From Deltaproteobacteria bacterium (GTDB lineage: Bacteria > Desulfobacterota > GWC2-55-46), in NCBI GenBank assembly GCA_016219025.1, contig JACRCM010000163.1, forward strand, positions 329 through 64,328: a stretch of DNA of 64,000 nt, in the 5' to 3' direction. A program made the translations under genes and the position numbers. The number at the start of each line of letters is the position of its first letter. Position 1 is the stretch's first letter. Below, piece after piece: positions 1 to 9,661 of this stretch. Below the pieces are notes generated by a model that was not told where the DNA came from, did no database searches, and saw nothing but the letters and a program-made list of their open reading frames with translations.

Positions 1-437
1 TTAACATGGCGCAAGTCGCCGATAGGATAGACTTTCGCTGCGCGGATGGATTAAGGGTAATGGAGGAATTTGCCGCAAACAAGGACGCGGTATACTTTAT
101 AGACCCACCCTACACCGCTGGCGGTAAAAAAGCGGGGAAGCGTTTGTATAAATACAACGACCTCGACCATGAACGCTTATTCAAGCTATGCAAGTCATTG
201 AAGGGGGATTTTTTAATCACGTATGATAACGCGGAAGAAGTGAAGGAGATGGCGTGAGCCAATGGTTTCCAGATGTGTTTGATTCCCATGACCAATACGC
301 ACCACGCGACCATGGAGGAATTAGTCATAGGCAAGGATTTGCCGTGGATGAACGGATTTTCAGCGGTGCATGAGCCTGAAGCCGTATATGCCGCCCCTCG
401 GAGAATTAAAAAACGCAACATCCCGGTCGGGTCTATT
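1..437 (+). pseudogene. Dam-family (alpha-class) N6-adenine DNA methyltransferase, C-terminal part. It is truncated by the window edge and interrupted by an in-frame TGA at 255-257.
   Basis: The ORF 6..257 carries an FIDPPY catalytic motif. The same frame continues after the TGA for about 60 more codons (ANGFQMCLIPMTNTHHATMEELVIGK...), which align to the conserved Dam C-terminus (VKVRRSISSNGGTRKKVDELL). Other genes in the window use TGA as a stop, so this is a nonsense lesion rather than recoding. Confidence 0.55.
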
Positions 438-692
438 TGAGGCTATTCTCATTTATCGTTCCCACGCCCCAGAGGCTGTGCCGCAATCCAAAAATCCGAA
501 AAAGACCTCTATTTTCGGAGGGGTTTTACCTCTAAAATTTAAAAGAAATCGCTTGTAGGGCATCGTGGAGAGCCTGTTTTTTTACAAATACAATTGCGAC
601 ACAGCCTCTCCGGCTTGGGAACGCATCCGGGGACGCTCAGGCGTCCCGTCCCATCGGCGGGTCTAATGGCTGATTTTGGGCGGAACGTCCTC

Positions 693-1877
693 CTACCCCC
701 TCATCCTCCCCGCCGCCTCGCCTATCCTCTTTACGCCTTCGGTGATGTTTTTCATGGAGGTCGCGTAGGAGAGTCTGATGTAGTCGTCGTTGCCGAACGG
801 CTCCCCGGGCACGACCGCCACGCCAGCGTCGTCGAGCAGTCTGGTGGCAAGGCCAGCGGAGGTTTTTATCTCTTTGCCGTATAGGCCGGAGACGTTGGCG
901 AAGACGTAGAACGCGCCCTGGGGCTTGAACGCGGTTATGCCGGGGATGGCGTTGAGGCCGTCGGCCATCGCGTTTCTTCTCGCCTCGAACTCCCTGACCA
1001 TTGCGGGAATGAACTCCTGCGTCCCATTCAGCGCCTCCACGGCGGCCCACTGGCTGATGGAGGCCGGGTTCGAGGTGGACTGGCTCTGTATCGAGGCCAT
1101 GGCCTTTATTATCTCGGCTGGCCCGGCGGCGTACCCGATTCGCCAGCCGGTCATGGCGTAGGCCTTTGACACGCCGTTGACGACCACGCAGTTGTCCTTG
1201 AGCGCCTTGTTGGTGGACGCGATGGAGACGACCTTGAAGCCGCCGTAAGCGAGTTGCTCGTATATCTCGTCGGTAATGACGAGGACGCCCTTCCTGACGG
1301 CGGCCTCGGCGATGGCCGCGAGTTCCGCCTCGGTGTATGCCGCGCCCGTGGGGTTGGAGGGGCTGTTTATCACGACGGCCTTTGTTGCCGGGGTGATGGC
1401 GGCCTCGAACGCCTTCGGCGTCATCTTGAAGCCATGGGCCTCCGTCGTCTGGACTATCACGGGTTTTGCTCCGGCGAGCGCCGCCATGACCGGGTATGAG
1501 ACCCAGTATGGCGCGGGGATTATTATTTCGTCGCCCGCGTCGAGCGCGGCCTGAAAGAGGTTGAAGATGGAGTGCTTGCCACCGCAGGAGACGAGGACCT
1601 CGTCCCTCCTGTAGTCGAGGCCGTTGTCGCGTTTGAACTTTGCGCGGATCGCGTCTTTAAGCTCCGGGATGCCGCCAACGGGCGTATACTTGGTCTTGCC
1701 CGCGTTGATGGCCTTGATGGCCGCCTCTTTTATATTCGCGGGCGTGTCGAAGTCAGGCTCGCCCGCGCCGAAGCCGATGATGTCGCGGCCCTGGGCGCGA
1801 AGCTCGGCGGCCTTGGCCGTGATGAGCAACGTGACCGACTCTTCGAGTCCGGCGAGCCTCTTTGCAAGTCTTATCAT
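693..1877 (-). CDS. aspC: Class I/II PLP aminotransferase (aspartate aminotransferase-like).
   Basis: Contains the SKAYAMTGWRIGY PLP-lysine region and the IINSPSNPTG motif. Start taken at MIRLAKRL (1877); the longer ORF N-terminus is Arg/Pro-rich and implausible. Confidence 0.8.
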   Translation of the reverse strand: MIRLAKRLAGLEESVTLLITAKAAELRAQGRDIIGFGAGEPDFDTPANIKEAAIKAINAGKTKYTPVGGIPELKDAIRAKFKRDNGLDYRRDEVLVSCGGKHSIFNLFQAALDAGDEIIIPAPYWVSYPVMAALAGAKPVIVQTTEAHGFKMTPKAFEAAITPATKAVVINSPSNPTGAAYTEAELAAIAEAAVRKGVLVITDEIYEQLAYGGFKVVSIASTNKALKDNCVVVNGVSKAYAMTGWRIGYAAGPAEIIKAMASIQSQSTSNPASISQWAAVEALNGTQEFIPAMVREFEARRNAMADGLNAIPGITAFKPQGAFYVFANVSGLYGKEIKTSAGLATRLLDDAGVAVVPGEPFGNDDYIRLSYATSMKNITEGVKRIGEAAGRMRG

Positions 1878-2004
1878 GTCAATTCCCCTTAGCGGATATG
1901 AACCGGCGGCTGCGAAAAGACGCTGCCGCAGCCGATAATTACACCACCAAAGAGGCGGCGGAGTCAAGGGCAAAAAGGCGGGGTTGCAGGCGGACTCCGG
2001 CCCG

Positions 2005-2730
2005 CTACAGCAACGCCGCCGCCTCCCTGTCAACTATCCAGATAAGCCTGCCGTGCGCCGGGTTTATCATGGCCGCGGGATATTTTTTCTCTTCTCCGTT
2101 GTCTTCGAGCACGGCCTTGAGGATGCCGGACTTCTCTTTTCCCGTGACGAGGAAGACGGCGTTCGAGGCGTCGTTGACCGCCGCAAGCGTCATGGTGATG
2201 CGGTATGCCCCCAGCGCCTCTATGTGATTGGCGGCCACGAGCCTGTCCGTCTGCACTACGGCGTTTGAACCGGGGTATAGAGAGAGCGTATGTCCGTCGG
2301 CCCCGAGTCCGAGTATGACGAGGTCGAAGCAGGGTTTCTTCTTCTCGGCGAAGAAACGCCTCAGTTCCTCCTCATACGCCGCGGCCGAGAGCCGGGGCGG
2401 CACCTCCCCGCGCATCCTATGGACGTTCTCCGGCGGCAGTTCCACCTTTGATATCAGGCCGGCCTCGGCGTTGCCGTAGTTGCTATCCGGGTGGTCGGGC
2501 GGGACGCACCGTTCGTCGCCCCAGAAGAGATGCACGGATTTCCACGGTACCCTGTTCCTGAATTCGTCCGAGGCGAGGAGGCTGAGGAGCGGCCCCGGGG
2601 TCTTGCCGCCTGAGAGGACCACGGCGAAGGCACCGTCGTGTTTTATCGCCTTGTAGCAGAGGTCGAGGAATATCATCGCGCACGAGCGCGGGCCGTCCTC
2701 GCGTATGTATACGTTCGGGTTCCTGTTCAC
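2005..2730 (-). CDS. pgl: 6-phosphogluconolactonase.
   Basis: Carries VVLSGGKTP and LFWGDERCVPPDHPDSNY followed by LGLGADGHTLSL, the Pgl/DevB signatures. Its GTG start overlaps the glk stop as GTGA. Confidence 0.8.
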   Translation of the reverse strand: MNRNPNVYIREDGPRSCAMIFLDLCYKAIKHDGAFAVVLSGGKTPGPLLSLLASDEFRNRVPWKSVHLFWGDERCVPPDHPDSNYGNAEAGLISKVELPPENVHRMRGEVPPRLSAAAYEEELRRFFAEKKKPCFDLVILGLGADGHTLSLYPGSNAVVQTDRLVAANHIEALGAYRITMTLAAVNDASNAVFLVTGKEKSGILKAVLEDNGEEKKYPAAMINPAHGRLIWIVDREAAALL

Positions 2731-3749
2731 CTGAATTTGCCGTATTCCTTTCCGGTTGATGGTTTCACTGCTCGCCGTCCCCGGCTCAAAACCCCCGCCG
2801 CCGCGTGGGCCGCGCCGAGCATGGCCGTCTTTTCGTTGAGTATCACCCTGACCGGGACTTCGCTCAACCATTGCTCGAACCTGCCCTTTGCCCGGAACGC
2901 ATCCATGAATACGCCGCTCTCCAGGGCAGGCAGTATCTTAGGCGCTATGCCGCCGCCCACGTAGACCCCGCCGGAGGAGAGCGTCTTGAGCGCGAGGTTC
3001 CCGGCCTCTGCCCCGTATATGGAGACGAAGAGCCTGAGCGCGTCCATGCAGCCGGTGTCATCTCCCTTCAACGCCCTCCCGGCGATCGCGGCGGCGTTGA
3101 GCGCGGCTGACGCGCCTCCATGCAGGGTGTTTAGAAAACCGTATGCCGCCTCAAGCCCTGGGCCTGAGAGGATGCGTTCATAGCTTACGTGGCCGTAAGC
3201 CCGCGAGAGGCGGTTAAGGAGTTCGGCTTCCAGAGGAGAGCGGCTGGCGAAATCCGCGTGCCCGCCCTCGGACGGGCTTGCGTGATATGCCGCCCCGTCC
3301 CAGAAGAGCATGGCCTCTCCAAGCCCGGTGCCAGCGGCTATGAGGCAGCGGTTGCCCGGTTTTTCCACGCCCTCCTGCAATACATGGAGGTCTTCCTTAG
3401 GAAGGCGGAGAGCGCCGAGGCCGGTTGCAACGAGGTCGTTGACGAGCAGAAACGTTCCGGCGTTGAACCTCTCTCCGAGCGCGGCCCCGTCGACCGTCCA
3501 GCCGAGGTTGGTAAGAGCGCCGCGGTTCTCCTCCACCGGACACGCCACGGCAAGACAGGCCGCCCTCACGCCCTTGATATCGTTCTTTTTCAGGAACGCG
3601 GCGATAAGAGAGGCGGCGTCTTCATGGCCGGCGTTTATGAGGCGGTCTTCGCATACGGGCCGCAGCCCCTGAGCCGAGTCCTCATACGCGCCGAGCAGGG
3701 TCTTGGTCCCGCCCATGTCGCCGGCGATGACGAGCCGTTGCTCACCCAT
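2727..3749 (-). CDS. glk: Glucokinase (Glk family).
   Basis: N-terminus LVIAGDMGGTKTLLG matches the Glk ATP-binding motif. About 340 aa. Its stop overlaps the pgl start. Confidence 0.8.
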   Translation of the reverse strand: MGEQRLVIAGDMGGTKTLLGAYEDSAQGLRPVCEDRLINAGHEDAASLIAAFLKKNDIKGVRAACLAVACPVEENRGALTNLGWTVDGAALGERFNAGTFLLVNDLVATGLGALRLPKEDLHVLQEGVEKPGNRCLIAAGTGLGEAMLFWDGAAYHASPSEGGHADFASRSPLEAELLNRLSRAYGHVSYERILSGPGLEAAYGFLNTLHGGASAALNAAAIAGRALKGDDTGCMDALRLFVSIYGAEAGNLALKTLSSGGVYVGGGIAPKILPALESGVFMDAFRAKGRFEQWLSEVPVRVILNEKTAMLGAAHAAAGVLSRGRRAVKPSTGKEYGKFR

Positions 3750-5307
3750 TGTCGTTGCCGTAGTCGAGCCAGTCCCTGCCGTCTTTCTGTATGAGCGTTT
3801 CGGCCTCTGGCGGACCGTAGGTCCCGGCGGTGTAGATGTAGAGTTTGGGGCTTCGGGCGTCGCGGCTTCCGATGAGTTCGAGCGCCGGGCCGAGGAATGA
3901 CCAGCTTATCTCCATCCCGTCGTTCCTCACGAAGAGCATCTTGTCGCCGGTCATGCAGTCGAGGAGGAGCCTCTCATAAGCGTCGAGCGATACGCCGCCG
4001 TAGCCCTCGGTATACGGAAAATCCATGACCACGTCGCGCAGGCACACGCGCCCGCCCGGACTCTTGGTGTGGAACTTGAGCTGGACCCTCTCGTCGGGCT
4101 GCATCCGCAGGATGAGCGCGTTGGGGCCGGGCTCTCCGGGCAGGGCGCGCCTGAAGAGACTGTGCGGCACGCCCTTGAACTGGATAGTAACCTGCGTGAA
4201 GCGCGTCTTCATGCGCTTGCCGGAACGGAGGTAGAACGGCACGCCCTGCCATCTCCAGTTGTCGATGTGGAGTTTCATGGCCGCGAACGTGGGCGTGGGG
4301 GACTGCGCCGACGCGCCCTCCTCCTGGCGGTAGCCCGGGACGTAGGAGCCGCTTATCGCGCCCTCGCCGTACTGGCCGATGACGAGATGCTCCCTTAGAT
4401 CGTCCGGGTTGAAGGGACGCATCGCCCGCAACACCTTGACCCGTTCGTCCCGCACAAGCTCGGATTCGTAGACCGAGGGCGGCTCCATCGCGGCAAGGGC
4501 GAGCACCTGGAGCATGTGGTTCTGGAACATGTCGCGCAGGACGCCCGCCTGTTCGTAGTACCCGGCGCGTTTTTCGATGCCGAGCGTCTCAGAGGCGGTT
4601 ATCTGGACGTGGTCCACGTAGCGTCTGTTCCATACCGGCTCGAAGATGGCGTTGGCGAACCTGAGCATGAGGATGTTCTGGACGGTCTCCTTGCCGAGGT
4701 AGTGGTCTATCCGGTATATCTGCTCTTCCTTGTAGTCGCGGTAGAGTTGGGCGTTCAGCTCCCGCGCGCTCTTCAAGCCGGAGCCGAAGGGTTTTTCGAC
4801 TATGAGGCGCGACCAGCCTGACGAGGGAAGCCCGGAGGCCGCGGCGTTGCGGCCTATGATGGAATACGCCGATGGAGGGGTGGCAAGGTAGAAGATGCGG
4901 TTGCCGTTCATTCCGCGAGCGCGTCCCTCTTCGTCGAGAACGGCTTTGAGTCCCGCATAGGTGGACGGGTCCGCGTAGTCGACCTGCCTGTAGAAGACGG
5001 CTCGCGCGAACTCCGCCCATGATTGGGCGTCAAAGCCGTCGGTCTTTTTAAGGGCCGCCTCCATGTCGTTTCTGAAGGCGTCGTCGCTCATGGAGGTCCT
5101 CGACGCGCCGGCCACGAAGAAGCCCTCTGGCAGGAGCCCGCAACGGGAGAGCTTGTAGAGGGCGGGGATGAGCTTGCGCCTGACCAGGTCGCCGGAGGCG
5201 CCGAATATGACCATGGCGCACGGCGGGGGCCGCAGCTCGTCGCCGGGCTGGCATGGAAGCCCCATTAGTTCCGTATTTGCGGAGGAAGGCGCGTTGCCGT
5301 TGTTCAT
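3742..5307 (-). CDS. zwf: Glucose-6-phosphate 1-dehydrogenase.
   Basis: Has the N-terminal Rossmann motif GASGDL and the G6PD signature RIDHYLGKE. 521 aa. Confidence 0.9.
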   Translation of the reverse strand: MNNGNAPSSANTELMGLPCQPGDELRPPPCAMVIFGASGDLVRRKLIPALYKLSRCGLLPEGFFVAGASRTSMSDDAFRNDMEAALKKTDGFDAQSWAEFARAVFYRQVDYADPSTYAGLKAVLDEEGRARGMNGNRIFYLATPPSAYSIIGRNAAASGLPSSGWSRLIVEKPFGSGLKSARELNAQLYRDYKEEQIYRIDHYLGKETVQNILMLRFANAIFEPVWNRRYVDHVQITASETLGIEKRAGYYEQAGVLRDMFQNHMLQVLALAAMEPPSVYESELVRDERVKVLRAMRPFNPDDLREHLVIGQYGEGAISGSYVPGYRQEEGASAQSPTPTFAAMKLHIDNWRWQGVPFYLRSGKRMKTRFTQVTIQFKGVPHSLFRRALPGEPGPNALILRMQPDERVQLKFHTKSPGGRVCLRDVVMDFPYTEGYGGVSLDAYERLLLDCMTGDKMLFVRNDGMEISWSFLGPALELIGSRDARSPKLYIYTAGTYGPPEAETLIQKDGRDWLDYGNDNG

Positions 5308-5313
5308 GTTGTT

Positions 5314-6219
<906 letters not shown>

Positions 6220-6296
6220 TTTGGGACTCCTGTTTTAAGCGTATAGCGGATATGGCAATACCGTCCGTCGTTGGGCACGCGATGCAAGGCCGAATA

Positions 6297-9215
6297 TCAC
6301 AATGCGGACGTGATAAGCGCCGCGGCCTCCCTGAGCGTCCCTGCCTTCGAGTCTTTGAGGTGCATGAGCGCGACCCTGCGGCCTTTTGAATCAAGCGCCT
6401 CGGCGTCTCCGTGGGCCTGGGAGAGTTCAAGCCCTGAAAAACCGAATGGCTTATCCGGTATGGGCGTGTCCTTGGCAACGCCGTGCGTGAGGATGATGAA
6501 GAGGCCGTTGTCCGGCCCGCCCTTGTGGAGTTGTCCGGTCGAGTGCAGGTAGCGCGGGCCGTATCCGGCCTGCACGGCGCAGCCGATGCCGTCTCTGAGG
6601 TCTTTGCGCAGGCGCGTGAGTATCTTGTCCGTTGCCGCATCAAAGGCGTTGAAGTAGGCAAGGAGGCCGATATAATCGCCCGGCTTTGCCAGAGCCGCGA
6701 AACCCTTCAGGGCCGCATTCGCCCCCTTGCCTTTAAGTCCGGCCCTCGTCATCTTCCTGAAGGCGGTTTTGCCAAAGTGCAGCGCGATGCCTTTTGTCCT
6801 GAACTCCATTCCCGGCGGGGTAAGTCCGGCCTCTTTGCCAGCCCGCTCAAGCCTTGAGCGCGTGAGTTGTTTTGCGAATTCCACGTCGGGCTGGTCGAAC
6901 GGGTTTATGCCGAGGAGCATCCCGGCGGCGGCGGTCGCGGTCTCCCACCTCAGAAACTCCGCCCCGAGCTCGCACGGGTCTTTCAGGGTGAAGCGGATTA
7001 CCGGATGCCCGGCCTTCTCAAGGGCATTTAATATCCTCGCGTATTTGTCCGCATCGCCGGCCATGCGGACGTGGACGAAGACGCGGTCGCCGCCGTAATC
7101 CTTTACCCTGCCCGGCGGCTCGGCGGTTATGGGCACGAGGCCCGCGCCTTCCTTGCCCGTGGATTCGGCGATGAGCTGCTCTATCCAGAGGCCGAAGCCC
7201 TTCAACTCGCCGGAGATGAAGAAGGTGAGTTTGTTGCGTCCGGCCCTGTGCAACGCGCCGAGGGCCGCCCCGAGCATTATGCCGGGGTTCGCCTTCGCGT
7301 CGACCTCAGGCAGCTCCTCCACGGATATCCGCGACGCATAGTACAGGAGGCTCTTTATGTCTGCCCCGGCTATGGCCGCGGGCACGAGGCCGAAGCAGGT
7401 GAGGGCCGAGAACCTGCCCCCCACGTCAGCCGGGTTGAGGAAGCAATGCCTCATGCCGTATTTTTTTGCGAACCCTTCAAGCGGGGTGCCGGGGTCGGTG
7501 ATGGCGATGAAGTTGCCGCCCGCCCACTTGTCCAGCCGGGCAAAGGCCTTTTCGTAGAAGTATTCAAACAAGGAGAGCGGCTCGATGGTCGTGCCGGACT
7601 TGCTCGCCACGATGAAGAGCGTCTTTTCGAGGTTTATGGTCTTCTCGACGCTTGCTATGGCGCCGGGGTCGGTTGAGTCGAGGACGATGAGGGCGGGGTA
7701 ACCGGCGCGGCGGCACAGGACGTCGGCCATGACGAGCGGGGCGAGCGATGAGCCCCCCATGCCGAGGACGACCGCGTGGGTGAACCCCGCCTCCTTTACC
7801 CCGTCGGCGAACGAGGTTATCTCCGGCACGCGGCTCCCCATGACCTGCGCGGCGTTCACCCAGCCGAGGGAGTTTTTTATCTGTTTTTTTTCATGCGCTG
7901 CCTTCTTCCAGAGGGAGGCGTCCTTTGAGAGGAGCCGTTCGCTGAATCTGGTCTTCCTGAAGACCTTGAGCGCCTCATCGATAGCCGCCTCATGGCCGTT
8001 CAACGAGAACTCGGCCTCGGCCCCGGGGCCTGCCGTAGTCTCCGTTGCCTTTCCGGCCCTCCGCGCCGGGGAGGTCTTATCCGCCCTCCGCGCCGCGTCC
8101 CTCTTTTCGGCGACGCATTTGATGAGCGCGTCGTGCGCGTCTGAAAACGCCTTTATCCCTTCATCCTCGAGCCTGCCGGTCATGGCGTCATAATCTATGC
8201 CGAGCCGTCCAAGTTCATCGATGACGGAGGCGGCATCCTCAAGGCCATCCCCGAGCGTCCGGCTGACGCGGCCGTGGTCGAGGAACGCGAGCATGGTGGC
8301 GAGCGGCATGGTATTTACGGTGGACGCCTCTATGAGACCTTCCACGTATTTCACGTCGGAGTATGCCGGGTTTTTCGTGCCGGTCGACGCCCACAGGAGG
8401 CTCTGGGGCGCGGCCCCGGCCTCCATGAGCCGGGTAAACCGTTCGCCCTCGAATATCTCCTTGTATTTCAGGTATGCGAGTTTGGCGTTGGCCACGGCGA
8501 GCCGTCCGATGAGGGCGCTGGCTCTGGCGCGCTCGTCGTTAGAGGCCGTTGCATGGCACCGTTCCTCGAGGAGCCGGTCGCAGAGCGTATCGACCCGGCT
8601 TACGAAGAAGCTGGCCACGCCCCTTATTCCGGCGACTGGTCTGCCCTCGCCGAGTCGGCGTTCAAGTCCTGATATGTAGCGGAGGGCTACCTCTTCGTAT
8701 CTCTTGACCGAGAAGAGCAGGGTGACGTTGACGTGGATGCCGCCGTATATAAGCTCCTCGATGGCCGCGAGTCCCTCGGCGGCGGCCGGGACCTTTATCA
8801 TGACGTTGGGTTTTTCCATGACGGCGTGGAGACGGCGCGCCTCGGCTATGGTGCCTTCGGCGTAGTGGGCGAGTTCGGGCGAGACCTCGACGCTCACGAA
8901 GCCGTCCGCGCCGTTGGTCTCAGCGTATACCGGCCTGAATGCGTCCGCGGCGAGCCGGATGTCAGTCGCCACGAGGTTGTCCAGCATCGCGGCGGTGCTC
9001 AGCCCTTCGCGGGCAAGCACGGCGATGTCCGCGTCATACTCGGCGCCGCCTGATACGGCCTTTTCAAATATGGAAGGATTCGACGTGACCCCGGTGACGC
9101 CGTATTCTTTTATCATGCGCCGGAGTTCGCCTGAGGTTATTATATACCTGCGGAGGTTGTCGTACCAGATGGATTGGCCGGTCTTCTTGAGTTCCAGTAA
9201 AGGGTTCATGGTCAT
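6297..9215 (-). CDS. Bifunctional transaldolase / glucose-6-phosphate isomerase fusion (972 aa).
   Basis: The N-terminal roughly 350 aa are transaldolase-like (TSNPSIF region). The C-terminal roughly 550 aa are PGI-like (VVLGMGGSSL, sugar-isomerase region). There is an SD-like AGGGGA before the ATG. Confidence 0.8.
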   Translation of the reverse strand: MTMNPLLELKKTGQSIWYDNLRRYIITSGELRRMIKEYGVTGVTSNPSIFEKAVSGGAEYDADIAVLAREGLSTAAMLDNLVATDIRLAADAFRPVYAETNGADGFVSVEVSPELAHYAEGTIAEARRLHAVMEKPNVMIKVPAAAEGLAAIEELIYGGIHVNVTLLFSVKRYEEVALRYISGLERRLGEGRPVAGIRGVASFFVSRVDTLCDRLLEERCHATASNDERARASALIGRLAVANAKLAYLKYKEIFEGERFTRLMEAGAAPQSLLWASTGTKNPAYSDVKYVEGLIEASTVNTMPLATMLAFLDHGRVSRTLGDGLEDAASVIDELGRLGIDYDAMTGRLEDEGIKAFSDAHDALIKCVAEKRDAARRADKTSPARRAGKATETTAGPGAEAEFSLNGHEAAIDEALKVFRKTRFSERLLSKDASLWKKAAHEKKQIKNSLGWVNAAQVMGSRVPEITSFADGVKEAGFTHAVVLGMGGSSLAPLVMADVLCRRAGYPALIVLDSTDPGAIASVEKTINLEKTLFIVASKSGTTIEPLSLFEYFYEKAFARLDKWAGGNFIAITDPGTPLEGFAKKYGMRHCFLNPADVGGRFSALTCFGLVPAAIAGADIKSLLYYASRISVEELPEVDAKANPGIMLGAALGALHRAGRNKLTFFISGELKGFGLWIEQLIAESTGKEGAGLVPITAEPPGRVKDYGGDRVFVHVRMAGDADKYARILNALEKAGHPVIRFTLKDPCELGAEFLRWETATAAAGMLLGINPFDQPDVEFAKQLTRSRLERAGKEAGLTPPGMEFRTKGIALHFGKTAFRKMTRAGLKGKGANAALKGFAALAKPGDYIGLLAYFNAFDAATDKILTRLRKDLRDGIGCAVQAGYGPRYLHSTGQLHKGGPDNGLFIILTHGVAKDTPIPDKPFGFSGLELSQAHGDAEALDSKGRRVALMHLKDSKAGTLREAAALITSAL

Positions 9216-9257
9216 ATAGTTATCCCCTATCAGTTGTCGGTAAAGACGAAAACCGGA

Positions 9258-9285
9258 TAAAACCCCCTTTCAGGCAAGGGGGGTG
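9258..9285 (-). terminator. Intrinsic-terminator-like hairpin (about 9-bp GC stem, 5-nt loop) followed by a U-tract on the minus strand. It lies about 45 nt upstream of the tal-pgi start.
   Basis: On the minus strand it reads CACCCCCCTTGCCTGAAAGGGGGTTTTATCCGGTTTT. The stem is ACCCCCTTT/AAGGGGGGT. Confidence 0.5.
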
Positions 9286-9370
9286 ATAGATACGGATGCG
9301 GCGATAAAAAGAGTATAACAAACTTCCGGCGGGTTTGCATGAGGCGCGGCGCATGAGCGCCGCGCCGGAG

Positions 9371-9563
9371 CAGGCTGCTGAAAAACGCCCGATGAAGCTA
9401 CTTTGTAAATCCTGCTCGTTGTCTCGTCGCTCCTCACTGCGGCGCACAACAAATAGAGCTACGACTTACAAAGTAGCTCTATCTGTGAAATCGTGCGCCA
9501 TTCGTCGCTCCCCTATTTAATGGGGGCCTCGCATCTGGACGTTTTGATGACTGCGTCAGGCTG
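9371..9563. repeat. MITE-like dispersed repeat, family 1, composite copy with a family-3 repeat nested at 9452-9499.
   Basis: Ends are CAGGCTGCTGAAAAACGCCC and CCTCGCATCTGGACGTTTTGA...CAGGCTG, which form imperfect terminal inverted repeats. The internal module TCGTCGCTCCTCACTGCGGCG occurs identically at 57076-57096. A related solo end remnant lies at 9604-9645. Confidence 0.7.
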
Positions 9564-9661
9564 GTAAGGAAGTTATCCTTTTATATTGCTCGCCTTTGGC
9601 GAGCGGCCAGAGAGCAGCCTGCTCAAATTTCGACTTTTTCAGCAGTCTGGTAGGGTTACGT

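Noticed and set aside
255-257. TGA recoding (Trp/Gly/Sec) as the explanation for the in-frame stop in the Dam-like gene.
   Set aside because: Multiple unambiguous genes in the window terminate with TGA (glk, panD and others). No SECIS-like context is present. Alternative genetic codes using TGA are associated with low-GC lineages.
9371-9377. CAGGCTG at 9371-9377 and 9557-9563 as a 7-bp target-site duplication of the family-1 element.
   Set aside because: The same heptamer begins the independent copy at 49954, so it is more likely part of the element's terminal inverted repeat than a duplicated target.
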